This document shows positions 18,501 to 42,298 of a stretch of 64,000 nt of DNA, one piece after another. The position numbers and the translations under genes are program-made. Every line of letters starts with the position of its first letter. Positions within the stretch are counted from its first letter, which is position 1. The stretch comes from Dictyostelium discoideum. Its lineage: Eukaryota. Under the pieces are notes generated by a model. The model saw nothing but the letters and a program-made list of their open reading frames with translations, had not been told where the DNA came from and did not search any database. Location of the stretch: the NCBI GenBank assembly GCA_000004695.1, contig CM000155.2:3456001-3520000 (forward strand). Reading direction: 5' to 3'.

Positions 18501-19867
18501 ATAATAGTTTAATTAAATCAAATTTATTATGGACAAATTGGTTTTTATTATTTAGTTTAATTATAATAATTATTGGATTTGGAAAGAGAATATCGATTTC
18601 AAAATCAAGTAAATTAAAATTATTATTTTCAATTGGATTTGGTAGTGGTATTGGTATTTACGTTTGTTTGAATTACTTTTTAAAGAATTCTTCAAATGTA
18701 AATTCATCAAGTTATTACTACTATAAAAAGGTTATGGGTGATAGTGCCACTGGTGGTGGTGCTAATGAAGAATCAATGGGAATGGTTGATATTCTATTGA
18801 ATTTAGGGTTTATATTATTGTTTTCAATGGTATCTTATTTCATTGTTGAAGCACAATGGCCATCAATTAGTAGTAGTGGTGGTAAGAATAGTAGCAATAC
18901 AATGGAAGCTATCTATATAATGATCTCTGTAATATTTAGTTGTCAATATTATCTATTGGGTAGAAAGTATTCAACATTACGTTCTCAAAGTATTTTAGAA
19001 ACAACTTCACTCTCTTTGATGGGATTATTCATTGGTATTAACCTATTGATCGCAATCTATTTAAAATTTCATACAAAACTATCAGTTCAACATCAATTAT
19101 CAACAAAATCAAAATCTCAATATAATTATTATCAATCACCAATTAAAAAACCAAATCCTTCTTCCACCAATAATAATAATAATAATAACATTGGACAACA
19201 AAATGAAAATAACTCATTCTTACAAATGAATAGTTGGGTTTATACAATTGGTAATTGGTGTTGTTTTATCTCCTATGCTTTATCAATTTATATTGGTTAT
19301 TTAATGAATTATTCAGAGAAAGCAGTATTCATTTTATCACCAATACTTTTATTATTGGTTACAGATAAAGGATGGTTAAAGAAATTATTGAATCAATCAC
19401 ATAGATACTTCCCAATGGTTATATCTCTTAGTGTATTCCTAGTGATAACAGCCTTTTTAAATTTAACTTTTAACTCACCAACCATCAATATAATCACCAG
19501 AAATTCTTGGCTTTACAAATATATTGGTTTAGATAGTTCAAACTCTTTAATTAAAATTTGGTGGTCATTAAAGAATTGGTTATTCTTTATTTGGATTTTA
19601 CCTTCAATCTATAATTTAAATCAATATCTATATAAACAAAATGAAAAATTAAATGTTGGTAGTGGTAGTGGTAGTGGTAGAAGTAAATCAAATAATAAGA
19701 TAAAATTCTCATTTTCATTATTTTTCTTTTTACCAACTTCAATTCTATCTTCATTACTATCTGATATTGTATCAATTCAACTTTTATCTTTAATTACTTT
19801 AATTGGTTTAACAATTCAAAAATATAAAATTTTAAAAATTGAAAATAAAGGTAATCAATTAATTTAA
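15747..19867 (+). CDS. Large polytopic membrane protein (about 1150 aa, 25-30 predicted TM helices), function unknown
   Basis: ATG 15747 (MGYSNTSTKMTTSFDS...). Exons begin approximately at 15747, 15973, 16129, 16600, 16861, 17552, 17861 and 18500-19867, with GTAAAT/GTAAGT/GTATGT donors and AG acceptors; ORF-track fragments 16081-16518, 16621-16818, 16998-17351, 17562-17759, 17867-18415 and 18668-19867 are all brought into one frame. Almost entirely hydrophobic segments of 20-23 aa separated by short loops. Introns contain poly(T) runs up to 46 nt (17351-17396). Confidence 0.7.
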
Positions 19868-19960
19868 AAAAAATAAATAAAATAATAAAAGAAAAATAAA
19901 AAAAAAATAAAAAAATAAAAATTTATATATATATTTGATAATTTTTTATTATTTTTTTTT

Positions 19961-23914
<3,954 letters not shown>

Positions 23915-23957
23915 TTGTGAAAAATTAAAAAAAAAAAAAATTAAAAAAAAAAAATAA

Positions 23958-23988
<31 letters not shown>

Positions 23989-24324
23989 TTCCAAAAATGA
24001 TCAAAATAATGTCAAAAAATAGAAATAAAAATAAAAATAAAAATAAAATAGAACTAAAAATAAAAAAAAAAATAAAATAAAACTAAAAATAAAATAAGAC
24101 CAAAACTAAAAATAAAATAAATTTTGATCATTTGCACAATTTTTTTTTTATTTTTTTTTTTGGTTTTATTTATTTATTTTTGGTTTTTTTATTTTTTTTT
24201 TGTCCAACGAATCGATGACTTTTAGGTTGAAATTTGGGGGAAAAAAAAAATAGAAAATTTTTTTTTTTTAAATTTTTTTTTTTTTAAAGGTTTTTTTTTT
24301 TTTTTTTTTTTTTTAGGTTTTTAA

Positions 24325-24362
<38 letters not shown>

Positions 24363-24870
24363 GGAAATATTTTTGAACTTTTTTCTTGTCAGTTAAAGTT
24401 TTTTTCTAATTATAATTTTTGTCCTTTTGTTGTTGTTTATTATTAACGGTATGTAAAGATAAAAACATTTATACATCATATCTCTCTCCATTGGCAACCT
24501 ATTTTTTTTTTTTTTTTTTTTTTATTTTTTTTTTTTTATTCCAACACACCACAACTAAAAAAATAATAATAAAATATAAAAATAAAAATAAAAAAATAAA
24601 AAAAAATTAAAAAATAAAAAAATCATTTTCATTTTCATTTTGCTTTTTATTTATTTATTTATTTATTTGTTTATAAATAAAATAAATATATACATATACA
24701 CGTAGGGTATAAACACATATATAATTTTATGGATTATTTGTTTATTCTTTTATAAAGAGAAAAAAGAATTTTTGTAACTCATCATTAAAAGTAATATTAT
24801 TAATAATATAATAATTAAAAATAATAATAATAATAATAATAACTCATCACTCAGAAAAAAAAAAAAAATA

Positions 24871-24902
<32 letters not shown>

Positions 24903-25500
24903 TTATGTACATATATAAATAAAATTATCGTCATCAAAACAACAATAATTTCACAACCAGAGATATTATTTTATTTTATATTTTTAAAATTATTTTTAAA
25001 TATTTTTTTTTTATTTTTTTTAAATTTTTTTTATTTTGTAATACATTCACAAAATCATACAAACTTTTTCACATTAAATTAGATATTTTTAAAATTATTT
25101 TCTATAAAAAAATTTTTTTTTACCCAAAAGATTTTTTTTTTATTTTTTCCTCTTTTTTTTTTTATTTTTATTTTTATTTTTTTTTTTTTTGTAACAATAC
25201 AACCCCAACTCAAAAATATAACAGTGTTTTTGAATTTTAAATAATAAATACAAACTCAATATTAATTTTAATTTTTTATTTTAAAAAATCAATCAAATAA
25301 TTAAAATATAAAATATAATTAAATAAAATAAAATAAAAAAAAAAAAAACAAAGAATAGAAATTTTTTTTTTTTTTTTTTTAAAAAAAAAAAGGAAAAAGG
25401 ATAAAGAAAAAAATTTAGAAAAAAAATATAGAAAAAAAATAAAAAATAAAAAAAACAAATAATAGATAAAAGATAAAAACAAAAAAAAAAAAAAAAAAAA
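23915..25500. promoter_or_regulatory. Divergent intergenic/promoter region between TERT (-) and PH-LRR gene (+)
   Basis: 1.6 kb, more than 90% A/T, with poly(T) up to about 58 nt (24291-24360) and poly(A) runs. No credible ORF or RNA gene. ORFs 24419-24610, 25276-25482 and 25293-25571 are homopolymer translations. Confidence 0.35.
24291..24360. repeat. Poly(T) homopolymer tracts (about 30 + about 58 nt) in TERT/CARMIL-like divergent promoter
   Basis: Uninterrupted T runs. These are typical Dictyostelium promoter homopolymers and are expected to be strongly nucleosome-excluding. Confidence 0.85.
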
Positions 25501-28183
25501 ATGTCATCCGAATTATCTACTGGTGAAAAAAGATTCGTTTTTGATCTTGAGGGGTGTGATCCAGATTTCATTCTTTGGGTTAAAAAAACAAATAAAAAAG
25601 ATGTTGTTCAAGATCGTCTTTTTGTATTAACAAAATATAGAATTTATTCAATTAAACGTAATAAAGTTGGTGGTAAAAAACAAGTTCAAAGAGAAAGTCA
25701 TTTATATAATTTAGTTGAAATTAGAACTGATGATATTGATAGAGTAGGTTTATTAAAATAAAAAAATAATAAAAAAAAAAAAAATATATAAATATATTAA
25801 TGTATAAAATTTTTTTTTTTTTTTTTTTTATTATAAATAGGTTGTATTAAAATTTACAACATTTTCAATTGATATGACAGGTGGTAATATTGGTATAACA
25901 ATACCAAAATTATTAATTAATGCATTTCATAGAATTAGTTTTACATTTTCAAATGAAGCATTACCAAATTTATTGATATTACCACCAGAGAGAACAGCAC
26001 CAGAAGTTGATGAGATTGATCCAGGTCAATCGCATGGATTCTTTGAAGTGTATAGAGCACAATGTAATTATTATGATACACCAGTGAATCAAGATTTAAT
26101 CGATTATTTGGAAGAGACAGTTAGCAAAGGATCAAGAGTATTCAATTTGGATGATTTTGCAGGTATTGATAGAAATAGTGAAGGAGCTGTCAATCTTACA
26201 CCAGTGTTGGCAGCATTAAGACATAATACCTTTTTCGATACATTTGTGTGTCATAATAAGACACGTAAAGAGATACCATTGTTATTGGCCGACGTTTTCC
26301 ATCATAATAGAACATTGGTCAGAGTTGATCTATCAGGTATCGAATCTGATGATGGTTGGGTGCAATTGGGTGACGCCTTGAAAGAGAACCAAACCAATCA
26401 ATTGGTGTCTTTGAATTGTTCAGATAATCGTGTCTCTGATAAGGGTATGAATTCATTGGCAAATGCAATTCGTTCATTCAATCGTCCATTCTTAGAGTTT
26501 ATCGCATCAAATGTTGATTTACAATCAAAGGGTGCATCAATATTCTTTAGAACACTTCAATCGAATTATTCATCATCTGGTGCCATTGTACATTTGGATG
26601 TTAGTAGAAATGATTTAGAAAAGATTGGATCGGAATCATTACATGATTGGATCATTCTTTTAAATACTTCAATACCATCACCTAGAAAACCATTGGTTCA
26701 TATCAATTTAGAAGAGACACAATTGGATACCACAAAGGTTACCATGGCTTTGAAACAAGGTCAATTGGAATCATTAGAGTATATCAATCTTTCAGGTAAC
26801 AAATTCACACCAGAGGCAGTTGCAAATCTTTGTTCAATCATTGCCAAATGTGATTCATTGGCTCAGATAAAGTTGTCAAAATGTTCGATTACAGGTGATC
26901 AAGTTAATAATATTTTAAATGCTTGCACTAGTGGTATACAAGTACATGATCGTACTTTAGATCTTTCAAGTAATAATTTAGAACAAAAAGGTGCCTTATC
27001 ATTTGCTCAAACCATTAAATCCTCTTCGAATATCGCTCATTTGAATTTAGCAAATAATAGTTTCAGAAAGAAAGGTATCACATTTATCGTTCAAGCATTG
27101 GAAGAGAATTCAACATTACAATCGATTGATTTATCTTCAAATTTCAAATCCTCATCAAAGGCAGAACCAATCGTTGATCATATCGCTCGTACAGTTCATC
27201 ATCATGTTTCAATTAGAAAATTGGTTTTAGCTGGTTCAGTTAGTAAAGGTTTCTATTTGGGTAAAGAGTTGCTACCATTGGTTAAATCTTTAGTAAATGA
27301 TTGTAAATTGGTGGAATTGGATATTAGTGGTAATAATATGGGTGATGATATTTGTAGAGAATTATTTGAATCTCTAAAGAAGAACACTTGTTTAAAGACA
27401 TTACATCTTGATAATAATAGTTTGGGTTTGGCTGGTTTCCAAGCTATGAAAAGAACTTTCACAACCAATCGTACCCTTATCGATATACCAGTACCAACCG
27501 CTGATATCACTAAAATCCTTAATTCAAACTCTAAGGATAAGAAACAAATCAATGATAAAATCGGTGAAATCTTGGCTGATGTTCAAACTTGTCTCTCAAA
27601 TAATAAAAATGGTATAGCTTATACTGATATACCTTCAACTACTAAGACAACCGTTGCTATTAGTTCAATTTCAACTCCAAATTTCCGTGCTTCAACTTAT
27701 CATAATTCAAGTTCAAATAATTTAGGTAATAGTGATGATACTTATAATAGAGCAGCTTCAACTCATAATTTATCTTATTCTTCACCATCACCTTCAACTT
27801 ATGCTCCACCACCACCACTTCCAGATGTTTATGCAAATCATTATCAACAACCACCACCACCTCCACCACAAGAAACTTATGACTATAGTCAACAACACCA
27901 ACAATATGATTATAGTCAACAACAACAACAACAACAACAACAATATGATTATAGTCAACAACACACTGATCAACAACAATATGATTACCAAGCTCAAGAT
28001 TATCAAGAAGGTGCAACTACAAATGATTATGATCAACAATATCAACAACAAGATTATAGTCAACAACAACAATATGACGATCAACAACAACAACAACAAC
28101 AATATGATGACCAACAACAACATTATGATGATCAACAACAATATGAAGACGAAAATAGAATGCCACCACCTCCAGAATATTAA
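25501..28183 (+). CDS. PH-domain + leucine-rich-repeat protein with Pro-rich/Q-Y-D repeat C-terminus; CARMIL-like (capping protein/Arp2/3/myosin-I linker family) architecture
   Basis: 2 exons: 25501..25743 (MSSELSTGEKRFVFDLEGCDPDFILWVKKTNKKDVVQDRLFVLTKYRIYSIKR..., PH-like) joined via GTAGGT...AG to 25841..28183. Central region has repeated LDLSSNNL.., LNLANNSF.., IDLSSNF.., LDISGNNMGD.., LHLDNNSLG (LRRs). C-terminus has PPPPLP, QQPPPPPPQ and degenerate YDYSQQ(Q)n repeats. The CARMIL assignment is by architecture only. Confidence 0.62.
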
Positions 28184-28411
28184 ACATTTTAAATTAAGAG
28201 TCAAAAAAAAAAAAAAAAATCCAAGAATTTAAAAAAGAAATCAAAAAAAATCAAAAAAAAAAAAACCTTTTAAAAACTAGTATATATAAAAAAAAACTAG
28301 TTATATATAAAAATAAATAAATAAATAAATAATTTTGTATTTTAAACCAAAAAAAAAAATAAAGCTTTTGACCAAAAATTTTTTTTTTTTAAATTTAAAA
28401 AAACGTTTGGG

Positions 28412-28445
<34 letters not shown>

Positions 28446-28507
28446 CATTTTCATTTTATTTCAATCTGAAAATAAAAAATAATAATAATAAAATAGAAAA
28501 AAAAAAA

Positions 28508-29653
28508 ATGAATGATGAATATTATGATAGTTTAAATAATAAAATTCAAAAAAAGAATGAAATTAATTTTAAAGAAAATATTGAAATTTTAAAAAGAATT
28601 AAAGAGAATATAAAAGATTCAGAAAAGATTATAAATGTTGTAATTAATGAAAAAACCAATACAGTTGTTTATTTAATTGGTACAATTCATGTTTCACAAC
28701 AATCATGTGAAGATATTAAAACTTTATTATCAATTGTTGAACCTGATACAATATTCATTGAATTATCAAATGAAAGAGCACCATTATTAACATCAACTGA
28801 AGATCAAATTATTAGTCAACTTTTAAAAAAACCAAATATAAATTGGTTTACAACAAAATTATCAGATTTTTATTTATCAATTCATCAAAATTTTTATTAT
28901 TATACAACTAAAATTTCAATGAATAATAAATTTTTAAAAAATCAAATTGGCAATAATGTTAATAATGAAAATAATAAACCATATATTTATGGTAATGAAT
29001 TTAGAATTGGATATCAATATTCAAAATTAAATAAATGTTCAGTTTTATTAGGTGATAGAAATTTTAAATCATCTTGGAATAGAATTTTTAATTATTTAGA
29101 TTTAAAAACTATTTTAGAATTGGGTGGATATGGTGTAAAAACATTTTTTAAAATTTATAATCAACCAATTGATGAAATTAGAGAAGAATATTATAAATCA
29201 GTTAATGAATTGATTGATGCATCTTGGAAAAGTGATATTTGGAGAAGAGATTTACCAATGGCCGTTCAACGTGGTTTGATCGATGAAAGGGACCAATTTA
29301 TGGCAAGTTGTATTAGAGATGCACCACATTCCAAAAGAATGGTTGCAATCGTTGGTAAAGGCCATATAAAAGGTATTTCAAATCATATAAATGATAAAGA
29401 GGAAGGATTCTATATTCGTAGTGATTTAGAGGGTTTTCAAGAACCTACTTTACTTTCAAAATATTCTTATCCAATCCTAATGCCATCATTATTATTATTA
29501 CCACCAACTTTATCAATTTACTCTTTTCATCGTTTTATTAAACCTTTATCAAAACCAAAATTCACTTTAGCTCTATTATCAACTTTATCAATTGAATTAT
29601 TTTCAATAAAATATTTAATTTCAAATTTTGAAAATAAATTAGAAAAATTATAA
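28508..29653 (+). CDS. TraB-family protein (TRABD / pheromone-shutdown-like)
   Basis: Single exon, 381 aa. VVYLIGTIHVSQQSCEDIKTLLSIVEPDTIFIELSNER matches the TraB N-terminal GTxHxS..S...ELD signature. Also LLGDRNFKSS and IDERDQFMASCIRD motifs. C-terminal hydrophobic tail. Confidence 0.82.
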   Translation: MNDEYYDSLNNKIQKKNEINFKENIEILKRIKENIKDSEKIINVVINEKTNTVVYLIGTIHVSQQSCEDIKTLLSIVEPDTIFIELSNERAPLLTSTEDQIISQLLKKPNINWFTTKLSDFYLSIHQNFYYYTTKISMNNKFLKNQIGNNVNNENNKPYIYGNEFRIGYQYSKLNKCSVLLGDRNFKSSWNRIFNYLDLKTILELGGYGVKTFFKIYNQPIDEIREEYYKSVNELIDASWKSDIWRRDLPMAVQRGLIDERDQFMASCIRDAPHSKRMVAIVGKGHIKGISNHINDKEEGFYIRSDLEGFQEPTLLSKYSYPILMPSLLLLPPTLSIYSFHRFIKPLSKPKFTLALLSTLSIELFSIKYLISNFENKLEKL

Positions 29654-29735
29654 AAAACTAAATCAATAATTGTGTATCTTTTTTTTAAATTTTAATATTT
29701 TATTTTATTTTTATTATTTTTATTATTTTTATTTG

Positions 29736-30615
29736 TTATTTTATTTTAGTTTTTTTAAAATTAAATTTAAATTGATAAATTAATATTAAAAATTGATAGG
29801 TTATAATAAATGATAGGATTGGAATAATTTCATTTGAAATTTTAGTTGGCATAAATAATGAAAGTGAATTATTAAAAGCATGCATTATAATTGGAGTATA
29901 AATAGTTTGATCTCTATAGAATGATAATGATAAATTTAATCCAAATAGTGTACCAATAAGAATTTGAAGTCCAACATAATAAACTGAAAAATATCCATTA
30001 AACATATTTATTAAATGGAATAAACCAAATAATATACTTGGTACTAATACTGATATAAATAAACTTTTACATCTATTATTTTTTTTAAAAAAAAATTATA
30101 AATAAAATTAATAATAATTAAAATAATTTAAAATATTTATTAAAATAAAGTAAAAACAAACAAACAAACTAACCTTTTAACCATAATATAAAATATAACA
30201 CCTCTAAATAAAATTTCTTCATAAATTGGACCAACAAGTAAAAATATAATAATTTTAAACCAATCTAAACTAGTGATATTATTATATTGTAATTTTAATT
30301 GATCAAATGTTTGAAATGTATTAATAACATTGATGGTGTTATTAGTTGAATTAGTAGTTGAATTTGAGATTTGAGATTGATCAATTAAATCATAGCTAAT
30401 ATTTGTAAATTTAAAAAACCATTGATTTGTATAGTATTGAAAAAATAAAACAATACCAAAAATAATAGCTTCGAATGCCAAGAAAATAAATAAAGTTTTA
30501 AAATTAATTTTAATTTTACTAAAAATTCCTAACCTAATTATTATTATTATTATTATTATTATGTAAAAAAATTATTAGTATTATTGATAATTATTGAGAT
30601 TATATCCCATATTAA

Positions 30616-30657
<42 letters not shown>

Positions 30658-31143
30658 TGAAAAGAAATATCTGCAATCAATGGGGTTTTTATTTTAAAAA
30701 ATTAATTGGTTTTATTTTTTATTTTATTTTTATTAATTAAATATTAAAAAAAAAAAAAAAGAAAAATTTAAAAAAATAAAAGATTTTTTTTTTTTTTTTT
30801 TATATTTATTTTAAAGTAAAATAATCAAAACAATCTTAGATGTTGGAGGAAGGGGTGTGTATGTGGGTGTGGGGGAAATTGAATGTGATTTTCTAAAAAT
30901 AACAATTGGGAATTTTTTTTTTTTTTCAAAAATTAAAATACTTACCATTTTGGAGTTTTGATAGTGTGGTATTGTTTTTTTTGGTGGTTGAGATTTGAAG
31001 GAGATTCATTAATTTTCTTAACGTAATTAATTGATTTTTTAATTGAGTCTAAGTTTAAAAGGGAACCAAATCTTTTTAAAATGTAAAAAATACATAATAT
31101 TATTGATAATAAAAATGAAATTGACCTTGAAGTATATAGAGCT

Positions 31144-31187
<44 letters not shown>

Positions 31188-31439
31188 GGTGGTATTGGTG
31201 GTAGTGGTGGTGTTGTTTGTTTCAGTTGATAATAAAAATTCAAAAATGTATGGTTCAATAATTAAAACAATAAGGAAATTTAAAATATTTGAAACTAAAA
31301 TCATTTCGCCCATACAACCCATACATTCTAAAATTGCAATAAGATTTAACATTTTTTTTCCCAATTTAGAATTATTATTATTTTCATCTCCAATTTCAGA
31401 TTTTTCACTATCATCACTAGTGTTTTGATTTTCATCTGT

Positions 31440-31511
<72 letters not shown>

Positions 31512-31733
31512 TAAACTTGTTTCAATGTAATTATTTTCAATAATATTATTATTTTTATTATTATTGATTTTATTTAATTTTTTATTTTTTAGATTGATGT
31601 CATTTTTGATTTGTTGATTTATGCTGCTACTACTGCTATTGTTATTGATATTGATATTGATGCTATTATAAACATCATCAACATATTCACCACAACCATC
31701 ACCCCTTTTATTTAATTTGCTTTTTTTCCCCAT
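29736..31733 (-). CDS. CAAX prenyl protease 2 (RCE1 / CPBP-family intramembrane protease) with long N-rich N-terminal extension
   Basis: Minus strand, 3 exons, approx 31733-30944, 30531-30164, 30067-29736. Exon 2 encodes LLVGPIYEEILFRGVIFY (EExxxR motif); exon 3 encodes SILFGLFHLINMF (FxxxH) and IIMHAFNNSL (HxxxN). Exon 1 (ORF 30942-31733) adds about 130 aa of hydrophilic N/D/E-rich sequence before the first TM helices. Splice junctions preserve frame (..KTPKW|LGIFSK.., ..IMVKR|CKSLF..). Confidence 0.78.
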
Positions 31734-34465
<2,732 letters not shown>

Positions 34466-35012
34466 ATGAACGACACACCATTATCATCGAATCTCATCGA
34501 TAGAACATCGAGTACTATCTATGTTAGTAATATTAGACACTCGACTCCAATAAATTCAATTTTTAATATTTTCTCAAAGTAAGTTAAAATAAAATAAAAT
34601 AAAATAAAATAAAAAGCAATTTTACTAATTTTTTTTAATTAATAAAAAAAAAAAAAATATATAAATATAGGTTTGGACCACTAGAAAGATGTGAAATTCC
34701 AGAGAATAAATTTGGAAAAACTCGTGGATTTGCATTCATTGAGTTTGAAAATAAAGCAAATGCTTACACGGCATTTGAAGAATTAGCCAAACAAGAGATT
34801 CTTTTGGATGGAAGAGTGTTAAAATTAGAATGGGCTAGGGCCACCAAATTGTACAAAGAAGATATTCAAAATCTTAGTTCCGAATCTAAAGAGAAAATTA
34901 TGGGTGCCTTTTCTAGAAATCATAATTTCGACTCTAGATACTCTAAAAAGGGTGCTCCAACTAATTCCTCAAATAATACTAGAAAAACTAATGGTGGCGG
35001 AATCTCAAAATC

Positions 35013-35066
<54 letters not shown>

Positions 35067-35067
35067 A

Positions 35068-35144
<77 letters not shown>

Positions 35145-35375
35145 TAATAATAATAATAATAACAATAATAATATCATCAATAATACTCCAATTAATGGTG
35201 GAATTCACTCTTCATCTTCATCTTCAACTATTATTCAATCAACTAATAATAGTATTGCTTCAAATAACAACACATTAGCATCAGTATTATCCAATTCAAA
35301 TTCTAACCCACTACCATCATCTTCTTCACAAGCATCTTCATCATCAACACCTTTAACAATACAATCCTCAACTTC

Positions 35376-35452
<77 letters not shown>

Positions 35453-35538
35453 TTTCATCAAATGTTTTAACAAATAATGTAATAAATGGTGTTGGTAGAA
35501 TTACATCATCACCATCATTCACTAGTTCATCAAACATT

Positions 35539-35577
<39 letters not shown>

Positions 35578-35846
35578 AATAATAATAATAATAATAATGT
35601 AAATCATTCACCAGCATCATTGGGTTTGAATAATAATAATAATAACAACAATAACAATATCAATTGCAATGGTTTTTTAAATATAATGGGTACAAATAAC
35701 AATTGTAATAGTTTCGATCTAAATTTAACAAGTTTAGGAAATTCTATGGTAAATATACCATTGTCACCTTCACGATCACCCTTATGTAATTTATCAAATT
35801 CACCATCTTCAAGTTCTTCTTCCTCTTCTTCACCTCCATCACTTTC

Positions 35847-35898
<52 letters not shown>

Positions 35899-37218
35899 AT
35901 TCTTACTCCTAAAAAGAAAATGATTTCCACTTCAAACGGTGGTACATTTATAAAGAAAGAAGATACTTCGCCATTGTTGAGTAATAGTAATATTTCATAT
36001 TATCAATATACTCAACAACAACAACAACAACAACAATTACAGCAACAACAGCAATTGAATGGTGTAACTCAGTCACCAACTCAATCGCCAATTAAAAAGT
36101 ATAATTCAATTGCTTCAAATGGTAATGGAGTTCATCATAACTCTTTAAATGGTTCAATGAATCATTACCATCAGCAACAACAACACCAACACCATCATCA
36201 CCATCATCACCATCATAATAATAATAATATGATTAGTAGTAGTGTCAATGGTACTACTTCAACCAACCCTTTATTACCACTACCATTGTCATCGACTACA
36301 CATTCTTTATCAAAAAGTTTAAATGGTACTACATCAAGTGGTATTAACGATCTTCACCATCAACAACAACATATCTCGAATTATGGTCAATATTTTGGAA
36401 TCCCGAACTTTAATCAATCAGTTGATTTCAATCTTTCCTTTAATCATACCATCACCAATCTATCGAATCTTGATCTTCGTGGAATTAACATCTCTGATAA
36501 TATTAATTCATCATCGAATAGTGGTTCAACTTCATCGAGTTCAATCACAACATCAAGTTTAAGTATAAATAATAATAATAATACAAACAATAACAACAAT
36601 AATAATAATAATATTATTATTAATAATTCAAATGGAAGTTCACCAAATTCTTCTTCCCCAGCGATTAACAATGGAACAAGTACCATTGGTGGAAGTAGTT
36701 CTACACTTTCCTCATCAACAAATGGCAATTCATTAAAACAAATTGCCGGAGGTGGTTCATCGTCATCGTCATCATCCTCCTCTTCTTCAACCACATCTTC
36801 TCCAACAACCCCTTTAACTAATAATATCAACACCAACTTTACGAATCATTTACAAAATGGACTTTTCAACGACGAATTAAGATATCTTTCCGAATTTAAT
36901 GCTTCTTTGTTTGTTGTAAATAACAATAACATTAACAACAACAATAACAATAGCAATACCAATGGTTTTTCGAATTTTTCAACAACTACAAATGGCAATC
37001 ATGATTTATTATCGCAGCCAGCTTTAAGCCATAATCACAATCAACAACAACATCACAACCTTCACCATCTTCATCATCAACATCATTATTTTGCAAGTAA
37101 TCAAGATCCAGTTTATGTATCATCACCACCTGGTATCAATTCTTTTACACATTTTTCAAATTCTCCAATTTCAAATTTTAATAACAATTCTCCATTTTTC
37201 AAATCAAATTTTAATTAA
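34466..37218 (+). CDS. RNA-recognition-motif (RRM) protein with about 800 aa N/S/Q/H-rich low-complexity tail
   Basis: 2 exons: 34466..34577 (MNDTPLSSNLIDRTSSTIYVSNIRHSTPINSIFNIFSK) joined over a 93-nt intron to 34673..37218 (FGPLERCEIPENKFGKTRGFAFIEFENKANAYTAFEELAKQEILLDGRVLKLEWA). Together this gives RNP2 (IYVSNI) and RNP1 (RGFAFIEF). The remainder is poly-N, poly-Q, poly-S and a His-rich run (HQHHHHHHHHH). Confidence 0.8.
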
Positions 37219-37276
37219 TTAATCAATTAATAATTATCGAGCGGATGTATATAAAATGTAAACAATAACTAATAAC

Positions 37277-37315
<39 letters not shown>

Positions 37316-37396
37316 TAATTTATAATAATTAATAATAACAATTCTTTTTTGGTTTGTTTGGGATTTTTTATCCCTTAATTTACTTTCCCAGAAAAA

Positions 37397-37447
<51 letters not shown>

Positions 37448-37718
37448 TATTAAAAAAAAAAAAAAAGATAAATAAATAAAATTAAATAAATATATTTAAA
37501 CTATTATAATTTTTTGATCTATCTTTTTGTAAAACTTATTATTTTTTAAAAAAAAAAAAAAAAGAGAAAAATAATAAAATATAAATAAGTAAAAAAATAA
37601 GAAAAGATTATTTTAATTACAATCAATAAATAAAAAAAAATATATTTAAATATTTTTTTCTTTTATCTTTTTTTTTTTATTTAATTATAAAAAGTTATTT
37701 TTATAATTTTTTTTTTTT

Positions 37719-41607
<3,889 letters not shown>

Positions 41608-42216
41608 CTTTGTATATAGTTTTTTTTTTTTTGAAAAAAAAAAAAAAAAAAATTTATTGTTTTATTATTATTATTATTTTTATTATTACTGGTTTCTATT
41701 AATCACTTTAAATTAAATAATATCTCTTTTTTTTATTTTTTCTTTTTTGGTTGTTTTTTTCTTTTTTTTAATGATTTTGATTTTTAAAATTTTTAAAAAC
41801 TTTCTACTACAAATTAGTGTGTAGATAGTTTTTATATGTATTCTATATGTATATTTAAATTTGTGTCTGTCTGTATAAAATTTTTAATTTATTAGTATTT
41901 TTATTATTAAAAAAAATAAAAATAAAAATAATAAAAAAATAAAAAAATTAAATAAAAATAAAAAAATAAAATAATTATAGTAGTGGTTTAATTTGTAGTT
42001 AGTGAGTGTGAGAAACAAAGAGTGAGATATTGAGATAGTACTACATGTAGGAAAAAAATAAAACAAATAAAACAAATAAGTATATATTTAATATAAACTT
42101 CTTCTCTCTCTCTCTCTAAATAATTTTTTTTTTTTTGTTATTTTTTATTTTTTTTTAAATGTTACTATTAATTATATAAAAAAAAAAAAAAAATGACACA
42201 TATAATAAATTATTAC

Positions 42217-42298
<82 letters not shown>

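Noticed and set aside
24100-25500. Small K/F-rich ORFs (24419-24610, 25276-25482, 25293-25571) and the 3.2-kb and 2.7-kb gene-free stretches as possible hidden genes or transposon remnants
   Set aside because: Composition is poly(A)/poly(T) homopolymer. No recognisable LTR, TIR, RT, or DIRS/TRE/Tdd-like sequence could be seen. Without similarity evidence they are best treated as promoter/intergenic DNA.
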